From Vitrella brassicaformis CCMP3155 (taxonomy: Eukaryota; Protista; Chromerida), in contig CDMY01000040.1 of the NCBI GenBank assembly GCA_001179505.1, positions 1 to 64,000 on the forward strand: DNA of 64,000 nt. The letters run 5' to 3'. A model generated the notes under the pieces. The model did not search any database and had not been told where the DNA came from. It was given only the letters and a program-made list of their open reading frames with translations. Below are positions 1 to 13,228 of this stretch, one piece after another; the first letter of the stretch is position 1, and every line of letters begins with the position of its first letter. The translations under genes and the position numbers were made by a program.

Positions 1-3000
1 ATGCCCGAGGTCATCGGCAACAACACGGCGGCCCCATGTGGGAGATCGAGATGTGTTTGGGGGACAGAGCCATCAACTCATCGGACGACATACAGGTGTG
101 TGAGATTGATGACAGCCACACGGATCCACATGACACGCCTGCATTCCTGTCTTGTGTCCTTGTCATGCATATAATGCATCAGAAGCTGCACGCCTTCCTC
201 AGCACGTGTCTTGCTGCCGATGCAGCGGAGACATAGACCACCGGCACCGAGGGCCTCAAGATCCACCTGCCCTTCACCGGCGACCAGGATGCCATCGCCG
301 CCTCCCTCTCGACCGTCCAAGTGTGCTGCCAGCAGGCCGAGAGGGTCACCCTCGACGGCCATCCGCTGGCCAGCACCGTGATGGCAGCTCCGTTCTTGTG
401 TGAGTCGGCGGAGGAGCTCACCGTCAAGGCGAATGGGTGGCCCGATGATCTCCCTGGCTACATCACTGCCAATCCTGAGGGCCTCTTCCCAAATGTTGTC
501 GTGTGTGAGGGAGAGAGGGGCATGCACACGTACGCGGGCGGCGTGTCAGGCGTGCTGGGCACGTTGTCTTCACTCGAGCGAGCCACGTTTGAGGGGAGGC
601 ACAACACAATCGGGGAGGGGGAGGGGGAGGCAGGCATCCGCCCCAAAGACAACCACACACGGGTGGGAAAGACTTGCAACCGCCAATTTGCCGCAAATGC
701 CAATGCCTTGCGTGTGCGTGTGCGTGAACAGATGTGTCATGAGGGGAAGACGCCGCCGACCACGAAGCGCTTTGTAATGGTGACATCGCCAAAGCGAGTA
801 CCCGTCCGCATCGTCGTCAAGAGACGGAACAGCAACAGAGGGTCCATACAGCTGCCGGGGATCTGGAGGCACTTGGCTGCCATCGTCGCCCCTTTCAGCC
901 AGGCCGTCACCACCCGGGCGCCGGCGTCCATGCAGCCAGTGAGCGGCAGCTCACAGACGGGGGGAGTTGAGGGAGACGAAGATGGCGGCAACGTGCTGGA
1001 CAAGGGCGACAAGCCGACAGGCGACAAAGAGGAGGTGGGTCTGAGAAGAGGGGAGAACCGATGGGGGCATTGTGGAGTGTTCCTTATCACGTGCATCCTG
1101 TATGTAGGCTGCTGGTACGCTCGGGGCCACGATAGGCGACACGCCTTCGGCGCCACCCAGCGAATACGACACCACCACCACCACCACCACTTTCACAGTG
1201 TACAGCGCCCAGCAATGCCCCGAGTGCCCCGCCGACAGGATGCTCAAGAGGCTGCTCTACGTCCTGCTGGGGCTTGGCCTGTCAATACTGGCCGGCATCG
1301 TATATGTGGCCGTGACGGAGAGCAGCAAGAAGCCAGAGGCCGTCAAGCCCGCCGTGGCGCCCACCTTCGCCATGTTTGCCCGCCACTCTCAGTACTGTCA
1401 AGAGGAAATGTAAGTATGACAGACAAGGTAGATGTTGTGTGTACATATGGGTGTGGATGTGTTGCCTTTCCTTCCTTTGACGTCCATGCAGAAACAAGAG
1501 CGAGGCCGCCAAGGAATATTACAGATACTCCACGCAGCGACAGCTGGTATGTGTCCACTCACGAACGAAGCGCCCACTGATCTCATTCATGTGACGTACG
1601 TGTCCTTCCCCTTTGTGTGTGTCTTCATGCAGGACCAGCAGCACAGTCAATACCTGGCCGAGCTCGACGAGCGGGACCGTCAAATCCAGTAAGAAGACAT
1701 GTCGACATGATATAACATTGTGTTCTCAATTCTCTATTTCCTCGGGTACCGCAACTATTCGTTCAGATACTACAAAGCCATGGCGGCCGAGTGGCAACGG
1801 CGCTGCGAGATGATGGAGGCACTCCACCAGGATGCCCCCGGTATGACGAGAGGGGAGAACGTCCTATGGACTCACTGCTACTCTCACTTGTGTGTGTGCT
1901 TCCTCCGCAGCAGCAGCGGCTCTCGCTCCTGCCATCGCCCAGGGCCAGCCACACTCGCAGACGGGCGGCGAGGGCCTGGCCGGCGTCTACAGAGAGGAGG
2001 GCTACAATGAGCACGACGGCGAGGTGGTAGTGCCTGAGGATGGCGTGGCTGACGATGGTGAGCGACCGAACAAGGGCATTTATCCATCATGATGGACGTG
2101 TGTGAACGCATTCATCTCCTCTCCCTTGGTTGACTGCAGGCGCCCAGCCCGCCGTCATTGACCCGCCGCCGCCCGCCCAGCTGCCCCCGCCCGTCAATGC
2201 TACACAGGTGGAAGCGGCGCCGAGTCAGATGTCGCCGTGGGGCCGGCCGGTGTGGCAGCCAGGTATGCACGCAACTAGCAGAGACACTCACTCACTCATC
2301 CATGTTGTCCATTCCGCGTTGTCATTCAGCGTTTGAGACCAGCCCGGCCCACTGCGGGGCTGAGTTCGGCTATGGCCGCCCTGTGGCCGACAACAATACT
2401 GACACGGGTGAGCCAAAAACGAAGGGACGTTCATGGCCACATGTGCCATATGTGTCTGTCTGTTGGTCCGTATTCAGTGCCTGGTGCGTTTGAGTCGGTC
2501 CCTGAGTCCAACATGGCTCACTTTGACGACTCGGATGCCCCCGGTATGACGAGAGGGGAGAACGTTTATCCAGGGCTACACATGCTTTCACTTGTGTGTG
2601 TGCGTCCTCCGCAGCAGCAGCGGCTCCCGCCCCTGCCATCGCCCAGGGCGAGCCTGCCGGCGTCAATGACGAGGAGGGCGATAATGACGGCGAGGTGGTG
2701 GTGCCGGAGGATGACGTGGTTAACGATGGTGAGCAACCGAACAAGGGCATTTATCCATCATGATGGACGTGTGTGAACGCATTTGTCTCTCCCTTGGTGA
2801 ACTGCAGGCGCCCAGCCCGCCGTCATTGACCCGCCGCCCGCCCAGCTGCCCCCGCCCCTTGTCGTGGTTGAGAGGGCCATCCAGACTGATGGCATCATTC
2901 TCCAGACGACCATGCGCCAGCAGTAGGGAGGGAGAGAGAGACNNNNNNNNNNNNNNNNNNNNNNNNNNNNNNNNNNNNNNNNNNNNNNNNNNNNNNNNNN

Positions 3001-3930
3001 NNNNNNNNNNNNNNNNNNNNNNNNNNNNNNNNNNNNNNNNNNNNNNNNNNNNNNNNNNNNNNNNNNNNNNNNNNNNNNNNNNNNNNNNNNNNNNNNNNNN
3101 NNNNNNNNNNNNNNNNNNNNNNNNNNNNNNNNNNNNNNNNNNNNNNNNNNNNNNNNNNNNNNNNNNNNNNNNNNNNNNNNNNNNNNNNNNNNNNNNNNNN
3201 NNNNNNNNNNNNNNNNNNNNNNNNNNNNNNNNNNNNNNNNNNGGCAGCCAGGTATGCACGCAACTAGCAGAGACACTCACTCACTCATCCATGTTGTCCA
3301 TTCCGCGTTGTCATTCAGCGTTTGAGACCAGCCCGGCCCACTGCGGGGCTGAGTTCGGCTATGGCCGCCCTGTGGCCGACAACAATACTGACACGGGTGA
3401 GCCAAAAACGAAGGGACGTTCATGGCCACATGTGCCATATGTGTCTGTCTGTTGGTCCGTATTCAGTGCCTGGTGCGTTTGAGTCGGTCCCTGAGTCCAA
3501 CATGGCTCACTTTGACGACTCGGATGCCCCCGGTATGACGAGAGGGGAGAACGTTCATCCAGGTTTACACATGGACTCACAGATACTTTCACTTGTGTGT
3601 GTGCGTCCTCCGCAGCAGCAGCGGCTCCCGCCCCTGCCATCGCCCAGGGCGAGCCTGCCGGCGTCAATGACGAGGAGGGCGATAATGACGGCGAGGTGGT
3701 GGTGCCGGAGGATGGCGTGGTTAACGATGGTGAGCAACCGAACAAGGGCATTTATCCATCATAATGGACGTGTGTGAACGCATTTGTCTCTCCCTTGGTA
3801 AACTGCAGGCGCCCAGCCCGCCGTCATTGACCCGCCGCCCGCCCAGCTGCCCCCGCCCCTTGTCGTGGTTGAGAGGGCCATCCAGACTGATGGCATCATT
3901 CTCCAGACGACCATGCGCCAGCAGTAGGGA
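1..3930 (+). CDS. 5'-truncated multi-exon hypothetical protein with one transmembrane segment, a coiled coil and acidic/Pro-rich repeats; stop at 2924-2926, or at 3928-3930 if the duplicated block is used
   Basis: In-phase GT-AG exons: ...TGTEGLKIHLPFTGDQ..., MCHEGKT...KEE|AAGTLG...LLYVLLGLGLSILAGIVYVAV (TM)..., DQQHSQYLAELDERDRQIQ, YYKAMAAEWQRRCEMM, then repeated APAIAQG/VVVPED/GAQPAVIDPPP exons ending TTMRQQ*. Confidence 0.6.
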
Positions 3931-3945
3931 GGGAGAGAGAGACAC
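2254..3945. repeat. Near-identical direct duplication (2254-2942 vs 3243-3945) on either side of an N gap
   Basis: Both copies have the same exons, introns and stop codon. They differ by a few SNPs and a 12-bp indel (atgctttcac vs atggactcacagatactttcac). Confidence 0.9.
2943..3242. other. Assembly gap (300 N)
   Basis: N run. Confidence 1.
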
Positions 3946-5232
3946 AGACGACTGACGAACCAGACGCACACCGGCATTCACACATGTATGTCGCTGTGGT
4001 CCTTTCTCATATGCAGCGTATCGGAACGGGCCTGGTATATGTGGGAGGCCGACCATGCGTCGAGCGCGGTAGACAACTGGGCCGTGGTAAGTGAGCCAAC
4101 AGAGAAGAAATGGCAGGGTGCATATACATGGGCATGGGATTCTCCATCTGTGTGTGTCGTTGCTGTGTTCCTTGGTTCAGGCTGCTGCCATCGAGATGGA
4201 GCAGTCATACTTTATCCTCCATCTCTAATCAGGATGCTGGATAACGTAGTGCATGGCGTGGAGGGAGGTGCCATGTATCTTGTACAGGTTGGTTGGCTGG
4301 CTGCCGTGCTCGATTTGTGGTGGTGGATACGTGTGATTTGAGAGCCTTTGACGCTTTCATACAGGAATGGCAATGACGGAGGACCACACACACCCATGGA
4401 ATGTGTCTGTCGACTCTGTCTGTACGCGCACTGGCATCCAAGCCAAACACGTACGGGCCCTCATGAATCCATCCATCCATTGATGCGAAGCCAAAACGGG
4501 TCGTGACTGTAGAGACTCCACGCATTTCATGCGATGACCAACATACATACGAAACGGTCGGTCTGCCCTTCGCTGCTCATTCCTTTCCCCCAATTTGGAG
4601 AGAGAAGGAACGGCCACTGTGTGTGTGCATGAATGCCTCTGTGCGTATTGGTGGACACTCTCGCAGTCAGGATGGTTCGATCGCAGACGTTTGCTTGTTC
4701 GGCGGGTGCGTCGAACCCTTCGGAGTGCGTTGTCACGTTGCGACATGTCTGTCGATATCGATTTCACATGGCTAGCCAGGTCTCTATCTCACGAGTGTCA
4801 TGCTGCCATGACATACGAACATACATGCATCTCTATCCATTCTTCCTCCGTTCATTTCATATGGCTGCCTTACTTGCCTCTCTCTCTCTCGCGCACCCTG
4901 TGCCAGCTTGTCTGACTGACGTCGTCACGAAGGCATGCGTTGTCGAAAAGATCAGCAGTAAAGTACAAAGTATATAGGCAGGTAGCTACACACGCACGTG
5001 CACTCATACGTATGTATGTACGCGGCAGACAGGCAGGCAGGCAGGCACCTGTTGGCAGGCACCTGTTAGGCAAATCTACGTTACGCACCGATCATGCAAA
5101 GTAACTTATCCAACTTAACCGAACGAGGGCTCTTCGCAATCTCAAACGAACGGGGAGAAACTGCCGCAAACCAAACAAACTCATGTGGCCTCCCTCTGCC
5201 TCCTTCCCTCCCTGCCTCCCTCACCTAGTCAG

Positions 5233-7590
5233 TCAGTCGGTCATCCAGCCTCCTCCAGGCCTGGGCGGCCTGACGAGGGCGTACACCTCTATCTCATCGC
5301 ATATGAAGTCGAACCCATCATCCACCAGGCAGTAGACCTCCTCGCCATGCTTCTCGTGACGCTCGCTCCACTCCTCCGGCCAGTCGCCCGGCCGCTCGCC
5401 ACCCAGCAACACCGCCTGGCACCTTGCCAGAGACCGATGGGCCGCATCCGACCCCTGTCCGCCGCCACCACCACCGGTTGCTGCCGCCGCTGCTGGTGGT
5501 GGTGGCGCAGCGTCCCCCCTCTTGACCCCGAGTGAGAGGGAGTTGCCGCAGAGGTTGAGGAGGCACTCGAGGCCCTCTTCCTCGGCCACCTGGAAGTCGG
5601 ACACGCCGTTGATGCGGCCTTTGAGGTCAGCGAGGTAGACGTAGGCGTACGGACGGTCGGCCTCGCCCAGCAGACCCGTCTGGGGGCGGTCCTCAGTGCC
5701 CTCGAGCTTCCACCACCTACACAGACAGCACACGCATGACGCGCACGAAGCAATCACGCCTAGCTGGGTGCACCATATGGTCGCATGGTGTACCAGTGGC
5801 GTGTTGCGATGGTGGTCTCTTCGGTGTCCTGCTCCTCGTTGCCCACTGACCTCGGCCCGTCGATGCGGAGCTCCTCCTCAATCAGCACTGCCAGCAGCTC
5901 CTGGGTCTCGGCAGCACGCAACAGCAGCAGCAAAGGGCCGTGGCCGCGGATGCAGTCCAAGAAATCCAAGTAACGCCAGCCGTGGAGCGACGCCCTGCAC
6001 AGAGAGTGGAAGCACCCACCCACCCACAAGTGACAGATCAGACAGCACGCATCCCCCATCCCCGGTTGCGTACTTGTATACTCTCTTGAGCGGTCCCCCT
6101 AGCCTCACAGGCAGCGATGGCGAGAGGGGCCGGTCCCTCAGCTCCCTCACGTCCCTCAGCGATGCAGCCATCAGCTGCAGGTGGGCGTCGGTGAGCAGCC
6201 CGTCGGTGGGGCCGAAGAGCTGCTCCTCATCGACGCCATACATGCCGAGCACCCGCCTGAACCCCTCCCTCTCGCTCTCGGGGATGGGGAGTCGCTCCTC
6301 CCCCGTCGGCATGGCCCCGGTGATCCGCTGCCGCCTTACGATGTCAACGACACGCCTAACGTGCTCCACTGACGCAACATACACCTGACACAAACACACA
6401 GCAGCAAACGAAACGGCATACTGAGGATCGCTGTAGTGTGTAGGATGAGGTGCTCTTGTGTGTGTCACGGGCCCACCTCATTCTGCCACTTGCAGAAGCG
6501 ATTGAAGAGGGGTGAGTCGTCACCCAGGTGGCTGGCCGTGGCGAGCGATGTGGCTATCTTGGTGCCGAGCACATCGATCTCTACCACTCGGTCCTCCTCT
6601 CCCCCGTGCAGCCGCGACCTCAGGAACGGCTCGAGCGCCTGCATCCTCTGCTCGAGAGCCGTCCTCTGCGCCACCACGTCCTGCAGGGCCGCCTGCAGGT
6701 CACTCACCTTCCCGACCGTCTTCTCCGTGCTCTTCGGGTGCACACTGAGGGCCGGCGAGGGGTTCGTGCCACCACCTCCCGCATCCGGCGTGGCCATCTC
6801 GCCCGGGTCAGACACAGAAGGCTCTAGCTCCATATTGCCCGCCGCTGCCGCCGCCGCCGCCGGCGACGGTGCGGGCTGCTGTGCGTTCTCGTCGGGGGTG
6901 GTGATGGCGGTGCTGCGGGGTTTCTTGGCCGAGGGGTCGTACAGCAGCAGCCGCACGTACGCCGAGAAGCTGGGGTCGGTCTGTCGGTCGTCGGGCAGCG
7001 AGATGTGGTCGATGTCGCCGTCCTGGAGCAGCAGCATCTGGCCCACAATCCAGTGGAACGCCGGCGGGTACATCTCCACAAACAGCCGGTTCTGGGCGTC
7101 GCGGAGCAGAGCCTGGTCCCACCGGCCGCAGAATAGCTCGCTGAGGACCGTCCCGCAGAGGAGACAGAGTGTCTGCCGCTTCACCTTGACGTACTCGCCC
7201 CCAACGTTCAGCTCCAACACTTGCATGTCCACTGCATCCGACGCCACGAACTCGGGATTACCGTTCAACTCAGTGATTCGCTGCGACACGACAGGCACAA
7301 GCAAGACATTGATTCATCAGCCCTTCGCCCAGCGGTTGCCAGCCGCGGTCAAGGCATGCACCCATCCCATTTGCGACTTCGGTCGTGTGGCTGACCTGTG
7401 TGATAGATGCCTTGAAAGCCTCGAGGTCCACCCTGATGCTGTCTAGACAGTCGAAGGCCACATCGAGGGACTGCTCGAAGCTCTTTCTCCCCTTGTCAGA
7501 CTCAGCTGCACCCTCGGGCGTCTTGCGCTTCTTCTGACCTCCTCCTTCGGCATTCCCACATGCAGCGGCCGCAGCGGCCGGTTGGGACAT
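5233..7590 (-). CDS. BTB/POZ (KCTD-type) + second BTB-like segment + C-terminal TLDc domain protein, 5 exons
   Basis: Exons about 7590-7396, 7280-6477, 6384-6074, 5994-5851, 5716-5233. BTB motif LELNVGGEYVKVKRQTL...RDAQNRLFVEMYPPAF; TLDc motifs RVYK|ASLHGWRYLDFLDCIRGHGPLLLLL and FICDEIEVY. Confidence 0.8.
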
Positions 7591-7955
7591 GTTGCCCTCT
7601 CGAGGCCTTCCTGAGCCTTAGCGTAGCATCCTCTTTTATCGACACAGCGCAGAAGGCCGTCAAAAGCGCTCAACACCACACCGGGAGGAAACTGAACCGA
7701 AGAGGGTTTCTGAAACCCTGTAGGTTGAATCCTTGGGGTTGAATCGAATCGTTGTGACGTTGAGGTGCGCAGACACAGAGCATGACCGCCTTGATGCACA
7801 ATTATGTCACACCTAAGGCTTGTGTTGGCAATATTCATGTTCAGGTGTGAGTGACTGATGGCTGAAGCATCCTCATCGCCGCAAACCGTTGCGCCGCGAG
7901 AGGCGTCGAGACCACATTCGAGTCGGGCACCAGCGAAGCCAGTCGAGAGCTTGCC

Positions 7956-9542
7956 ATGGGTGTGATCCGCCGCACACTCACCGACGCAGACCAAGTGACG
8001 CAGCTCATCCGGCAGGGGGCAAACCCAAGTTGTGTCATGCCCCGGCTGCCTCGTGTCGAGTATGCGCTGCTGTCACTCGTCATTGACGACGTGACCGACT
8101 ACACCATCCCATCCATCTGGGCACAGGCGAAAAGCAATGGCTGGCTGCATCCCGTCGCGCTGCCCCGCTGGCCATCTTCAGCGCTCCAGGATGCCGTCAT
8201 GACTGCACTGGTCGACGGCGGTGCCGACATCAACGCGGCAGGCGCCGACAGGGATGCAACGCCCATCCGTGTCGCGGTTCCGGCGGCCAACATGACGGCA
8301 GTGGATCATCTGCTGCATCGGGGCGTCCAGCTGCATGGATTACTGGCGATGCGGTTGCCGGAGTGGGAGAAGGCTTATCTGACGGCTACCGCTGACTGCG
8401 AGAGGCAGCTGCTGGCCATCTGCCGCCGACTCATTCAGCATGACAGCACCTTGGCAGCCGATGAATACCCTGGCGGCTTTGGCTTGGCGCATAGTGCAGC
8501 CATAAAAGGTGGAGGTCGCTTCTCTCAGTCCTTCATCAACCAGTACCTCGATCTGCTCGTCGCCAACGGAGCTGACATCAGGGCGGCGGACAATGGTCGA
8601 AACACCCCATTGCAGGTGGCGGCGTGTTGGGGTTCTCCCTATGTAACCAACTGGCTGTGTCGCCACGTCCCCGCCGACGATGTCAACAGAGGGATGCCCA
8701 ACAGCCCCACCAGCACGCCCCTCGCCATGGCTGCCTATCGACTCGACTCCCGCATTCGGCTGCTGGAGGGGAATGGCATTGGAGAGGACGGAAAGGAAGA
8801 CATCCGCACAACGGAAATTCCCAATCTCAAGACCGTCATCTGCACCCTCCTGAGAGCCGGCGCCGCCCCATCCATCGCCCGCATGCCCACCCAAGAAGCC
8901 CAACGAATCCGCCAGCTGGTGCTGACAGAGTACGCCACGGTGCTGAATGGTCTGTCTGATGTGACCATGTCGGCCATCAACGCCGCCCTCGCCCCCCAGC
9001 GCGATCACTCGATGCTGCTCGCCCGTCTGCTGCCCCTTGCACCTCACAACGACGGCGAAGACCCCGCCCCCTCCCCCCTCTCAGTCGGACCACATGAGGC
9101 AGAGGCCATCGGCTGGAAGATCGGCGCCTTCCTGCACGAGCCATCCGCTGCAGCAGCGGCCATTGACGAGTACCTCATCGGCGACTCGACGCTGAGGCGC
9201 CGCGTCAAGGCGGCCATGGCGCACTTCGTCAAGTCGGCCGCCACACGGACATCCAGCAATAGGGAGGTCATCGGCGACATGGCCAATGTGGGCGGCGTCG
9301 TGGTGCGTGTGCCGCTGCAGTGCTGCGCCGTTCGGGGTCGGTTGGGCGGGCCGCATCGGCTGCTGGGTGTGCGTGAGGTGGTGCACAAGGCCCGGCTGGA
9401 CGAGGCGGCCAGCCATGGCGTGATCGGTGTGGTCAAGGGCTTCAACGAGCACCCCGGCGATGGCGACTGCGTGTTCGAATGGCAGCAGCTGGGGTACATC
9501 CACAAGGCCATAGGGCTATTTGTGGCCCTGGGCATCGAATGA
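7956..9542 (+). CDS. Intronless ankyrin-repeat protein (528 aa)
   Basis: Long ORF with ankyrin-like motifs LVDGGADINA...TPIRVAV, LLVANGADIRAADNGRNTPLQVAA, TPLAMAA, LLRAGA. Confidence 0.8.
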   Translation: MGVIRRTLTDADQVTQLIRQGANPSCVMPRLPRVEYALLSLVIDDVTDYTIPSIWAQAKSNGWLHPVALPRWPSSALQDAVMTALVDGGADINAAGADRDATPIRVAVPAANMTAVDHLLHRGVQLHGLLAMRLPEWEKAYLTATADCERQLLAICRRLIQHDSTLAADEYPGGFGLAHSAAIKGGGRFSQSFINQYLDLLVANGADIRAADNGRNTPLQVAACWGSPYVTNWLCRHVPADDVNRGMPNSPTSTPLAMAAYRLDSRIRLLEGNGIGEDGKEDIRTTEIPNLKTVICTLLRAGAAPSIARMPTQEAQRIRQLVLTEYATVLNGLSDVTMSAINAALAPQRDHSMLLARLLPLAPHNDGEDPAPSPLSVGPHEAEAIGWKIGAFLHEPSAAAAAIDEYLIGDSTLRRRVKAAMAHFVKSAATRTSSNREVIGDMANVGGVVVRVPLQCCAVRGRLGGPHRLLGVREVVHKARLDEAASHGVIGVVKGFNEHPGDGDCVFEWQQLGYIHKAIGLFVALGIE

Positions 9543-10400
9543 GTGATTGTGTGGCGGGGGAGGGAGGGAGGGGGTCGGGGAGGGTCTGTGGTGATCGTCA
9601 GCTGCCTTTCCCTCCTCTTCGCTTTCCTTCTTTCCATTTCGTGATGTTTGGGGTCGTTGCTTGGTCGTGTGAGACGGACACTGTGGCTGTGGCTGAGTTC
9701 ATCATTGACCCCGATCGGCGATTTGGTGAACGAATGTTGGTGAATGAATGTACGTAAGCAGCGCGAGAAAGAGTGCGTGCATGAGTTCGCTGATAGGCAT
9801 GACAGCGACGTCTGTCGGTCCGTGATCCGTCCACATGAAGGCACGCACACAAACACGTGTGCTTGAAAGATGGCAAAAAGGAAGGAATCATCTGAGTCAG
9901 TCCGTCCGCTTCCGGAAGGAAATCCGTCGCGACGCCTCAAAGTAACGTACGTCGGGATAAATATACATACATCGATCAGACAGACAGCCTCCGCCAAGCC
10001 CCGCCCGTGTGTCAGCCGTGAAGGCAGGTTGATAAATCCTACCATGGGCGTTCGTCTGACATCAGATATGCACTTTGGAACACCTATAAAGGTGCACACA
10101 CAGAGAGAGAGAGACAGACAGACAGACAGGGGTATACACTTACACAGAGAGCAAGACGGAACAGCGGGCACGACGGGGGAGTTGACAGAGGGAGCTGGCG
10201 AACATGACCGAGCGCATGGACGCCCCCACGCACATGCCACACCGGTACACACGACATCAACCGACTGACTCGCTCAGTCGCTGTGGTACGACACATACAC
10301 AGACACATGCAGACACACGACAGGTCTATGCTACACGTACACATGTACATTTAATCATCCATCTGCCCTCTCGCCGCCCCCGCCCCTCGTCGTATCTCGG

Positions 10401-12886
10401 TCACTCGACCGTGACGACTTCAATCTCGCTCAGCCGGAAATCCATCCCGTGCGCCATTTTCGAGTGCGCTATCACCCGGATCTGGTGCCGGCTCCCCAGT
10501 GTGGGCCACACCGAGTTGCCAGCCCCCTGCCGGCCCTCCTGCTTGGGCCGCTCCGACTCCCACACCCACGCGTGGGCGATCCGCAGGTCACCACCACACG
10601 CACCGCCACCCAGCAGACTGCCGTTGCTGTTGGCCTTGTTGATGGCCGCCACACCGCCCCTCTCGTAGCCCAGCCACAGACGGCCGCCGCAGAAGGCGAT
10701 CCTCCCGGTGTCTGCTGTCTGCAGCACACGACAAAAGAGAGATAGAAGCATGTGCGTGGTGTTTGTGGGTCCCACCCCGCCCCGCCCGCCTGTCTGACTG
10801 ACCGGTATCCGATCAGCAGTGCAGTATCCCTTGACGGCTCCCGTGACGGCGGCCACGTTGAGGTTGAGGTTGCCGTTGTCCTTGAGGGCGAACTTGCCAA
10901 TGCCGCCAGAATGACTCGTGCTGCTGCTGCTGCCTGTGCTGATGGTGGATGTGCCGGTGTTGGTGTCGATGTCGGGTCCCTTGAGCTTGAAGAGTGTCTG
11001 CTGTGTGGTGGTGATGCGCTCCTCGCTCTTGTCGTCGGGCTCGCTGATGCAACCCGACACGTACACCTACACGACACACAAGGACAGACAGGGAGGGAGG
11101 GAGGGAGATATGTGTGTGGGTGTGTTGCATATGCTATGTCAGTGGCTGCTTACCCCGATGATCTCTCCGGACCCTTCTGCCTGGCACAGGATGATCAGCG
11201 GCTGACGGCACCTCGCGGCACGCAGAAACGTCGGGTAGCGCCAGCCATCCTCTGACGCACTGCACCGACACACGCGCAGGGAGAGGCCCATCCATTCAAT
11301 GGCTGCGTCCATGTTCATTTCTGCCCTCTCTGTGCTTCACTCCCTCCTCTCACGTGTATAGCATCCTGATGTTGCTGTCATGCATGCGCTCATCGGCGAT
11401 CCACTCAATCATGCGCTGGACCATGCTGCCGTCCTTGAGGAGCCGGCTGCCCACCAGCGGCAGGAACTTGCCGCCCACCGCACACAGGCCGTACATCTCC
11501 ATGGCGTCACGGAGGGAGCTCGCATTGTCTGGCCGCACATACGGCTGGGCCACATGGACCCGCCCCAGCAGCTTGCACAGCCGCTGCCGCCGGCACACGT
11601 CCACCAGCACCTGGAACAAGGCCAGAGGGACGTCCTGGATCACCTCGTTGGGCCACCTACAGAGATGGGTGACACACCACAAAGCAACGAAGACAGAGAG
11701 AGATGCACACATGTCACGGCGGGCATGGGTGTGCGTGTGCATGTACACCTAGACATACATACCTGCAGAATCGGTTGTAGATGGTGGATGTGTCGCCCAT
11801 CTGTCTGACGGTCGACAGCCGCGTCGCCACGGTGGTCCCCAGCACTTTGACGCTCACCACGCGGTCCTCCTGCTCGTCGCACCCACACAGCTCATCGTCG
11901 TGGCAACAGCTCCGGTGCGTTGGCGAGTCGCGCAGAAAGGGCGCAACCGCACCGAAGCGCCGCTGCAGCCTCTGCTCCAACCCTGGCAACTCGTCTAACA
12001 GCCTCTCCAGCTCACGAACGCTGCAGAGAAGGATAGATGGGTGAGTGTATGATGGATGCAGTTCTCGTCCCCCCCTCTGACCGACCGACCCACCCACCTG
12101 GCGCACAGCCCTTCAAAGGAGCCTCTCACGAGCGGCCGATTCAGGTACGGTCGCAGGCCACGGGAGAGGCCGCCCGTCGACAGCGGCAGAGCGGGCGATG
12201 CGGATGCTGATGCTGCGAGTGTTCCCTCCTCCCTCTCCCTGTACACGTTGCCCTTGTCCATCTTCTGCATGAGGGTGTCCACGATGAGGGCGTATGAGGG
12301 GTCGGTGTGGAGGTCGGGCGGCAGCTCCACGGTGTGTGTGTGGCCATTCTGCACCTCGATGAGGGAGTCGATGAGCCACATGAATGCGGGCGGGTAGACG
12401 TCGAGGAACAGACGGTCAGTCGGCGTACGCAGGAAAGCACTGTCCCAACGACCTGCACTCAGACAGACAGACAAGGCCAGTGAGAGCTCCCGTCCCTGTG
12501 TCGACCATTCCCTGCTTGATGTGCCGCTTACCCGAGAACAGCTCAGCCAGCACTGTGTGCGGCAAGCACGTGAGTGTCGACCGCCTCACATCGACGATGA
12601 AGCCACCGACATCCAGCGGAAGCAGCTCGTCACCCCCCGTGCGCTCGCTGTCATCCTCCCGGCACAGATCTCTCTCCGCCACGCTCCCCCCTCTGTTCTC
12701 CACCTCGTCACGCACCGCCACTGCGGATCTCTCCAGCTCGTCGGCTATTGCCTTGATGCACTCCTGTGCCCGGCTGACGGGTCTCAGCGCCTGGCTCATG
12801 AACGAGTCCATTTCTCTGACGCCACACACCACCGGGGTGGCTTCTGATGCCGCCGGCGGGAATGTCGACGTCATGCCGATGATCAC
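10401..12886 (-). CDS. Second BTB-BTB-like-TLDc protein, paralogue of 5233-7590, about 7 exons
   Basis: LDVGGFIVDVRRSTL...LFS|GRWDSAFLRTPTDRLFLDVYPPAF; VVSVKVLGTTVATRLST...YNRFCR; MLYT|ASEDGWRYPTFLRAA; GRLWLG...DFRLSEIEVVTVE*. Confidence 0.8.
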
Positions 12887-13006
12887 GGAGCAGAAGTGGG
12901 CGGCGAGCGGTGTTTGGTTGAATCGAGGATCTTACTGACAGCGCGGGGAACGCTGCAGAGGGTGCAGGGACCCTGTGCCGTTGGATCCTCTGATCCCTTT
13001 TTGCTG

Positions 13007-13014
13007 AGCTCGCA
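13007..13014 (-). promoter_or_regulatory. TGCGAGCT candidate promoter motif
   Basis: agctcgca between divergent starts 12886(-) and about 13229(+). Confidence 0.5.
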
Positions 13015-13228
13015 AACTAAGTCTCAGCCCCCAGTCTCTTACCAGTCTCCCATGGGGTCGTCAATGTTCCATTATCAACGACAGCAGAAGGCACAGAACG
13101 CTGTCGTTTAAGTCGAGAAATCTCGATGCCCGGAGACGGCGATCAATTTTTTCACGTTTTGTTTTCATTTGTATGTTTTTGCACCGGCCAACAAGGGCTG
13201 TAGGTTTTAATCCGCGTCGAAGGGAACG

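Noticed and set aside
1830-3945. Regularly spaced repeats as a CRISPR-like array
   Set aside because: Units are hundreds of bp of exon plus intron, not short repeats with unique spacers; eukaryotic context with no cas genes.
4212-4397. TCTRYMAPP on the minus strand, resembling kinase GTxxYMAPE
   Set aside because: No other kinase motif and no convincing exon structure nearby.
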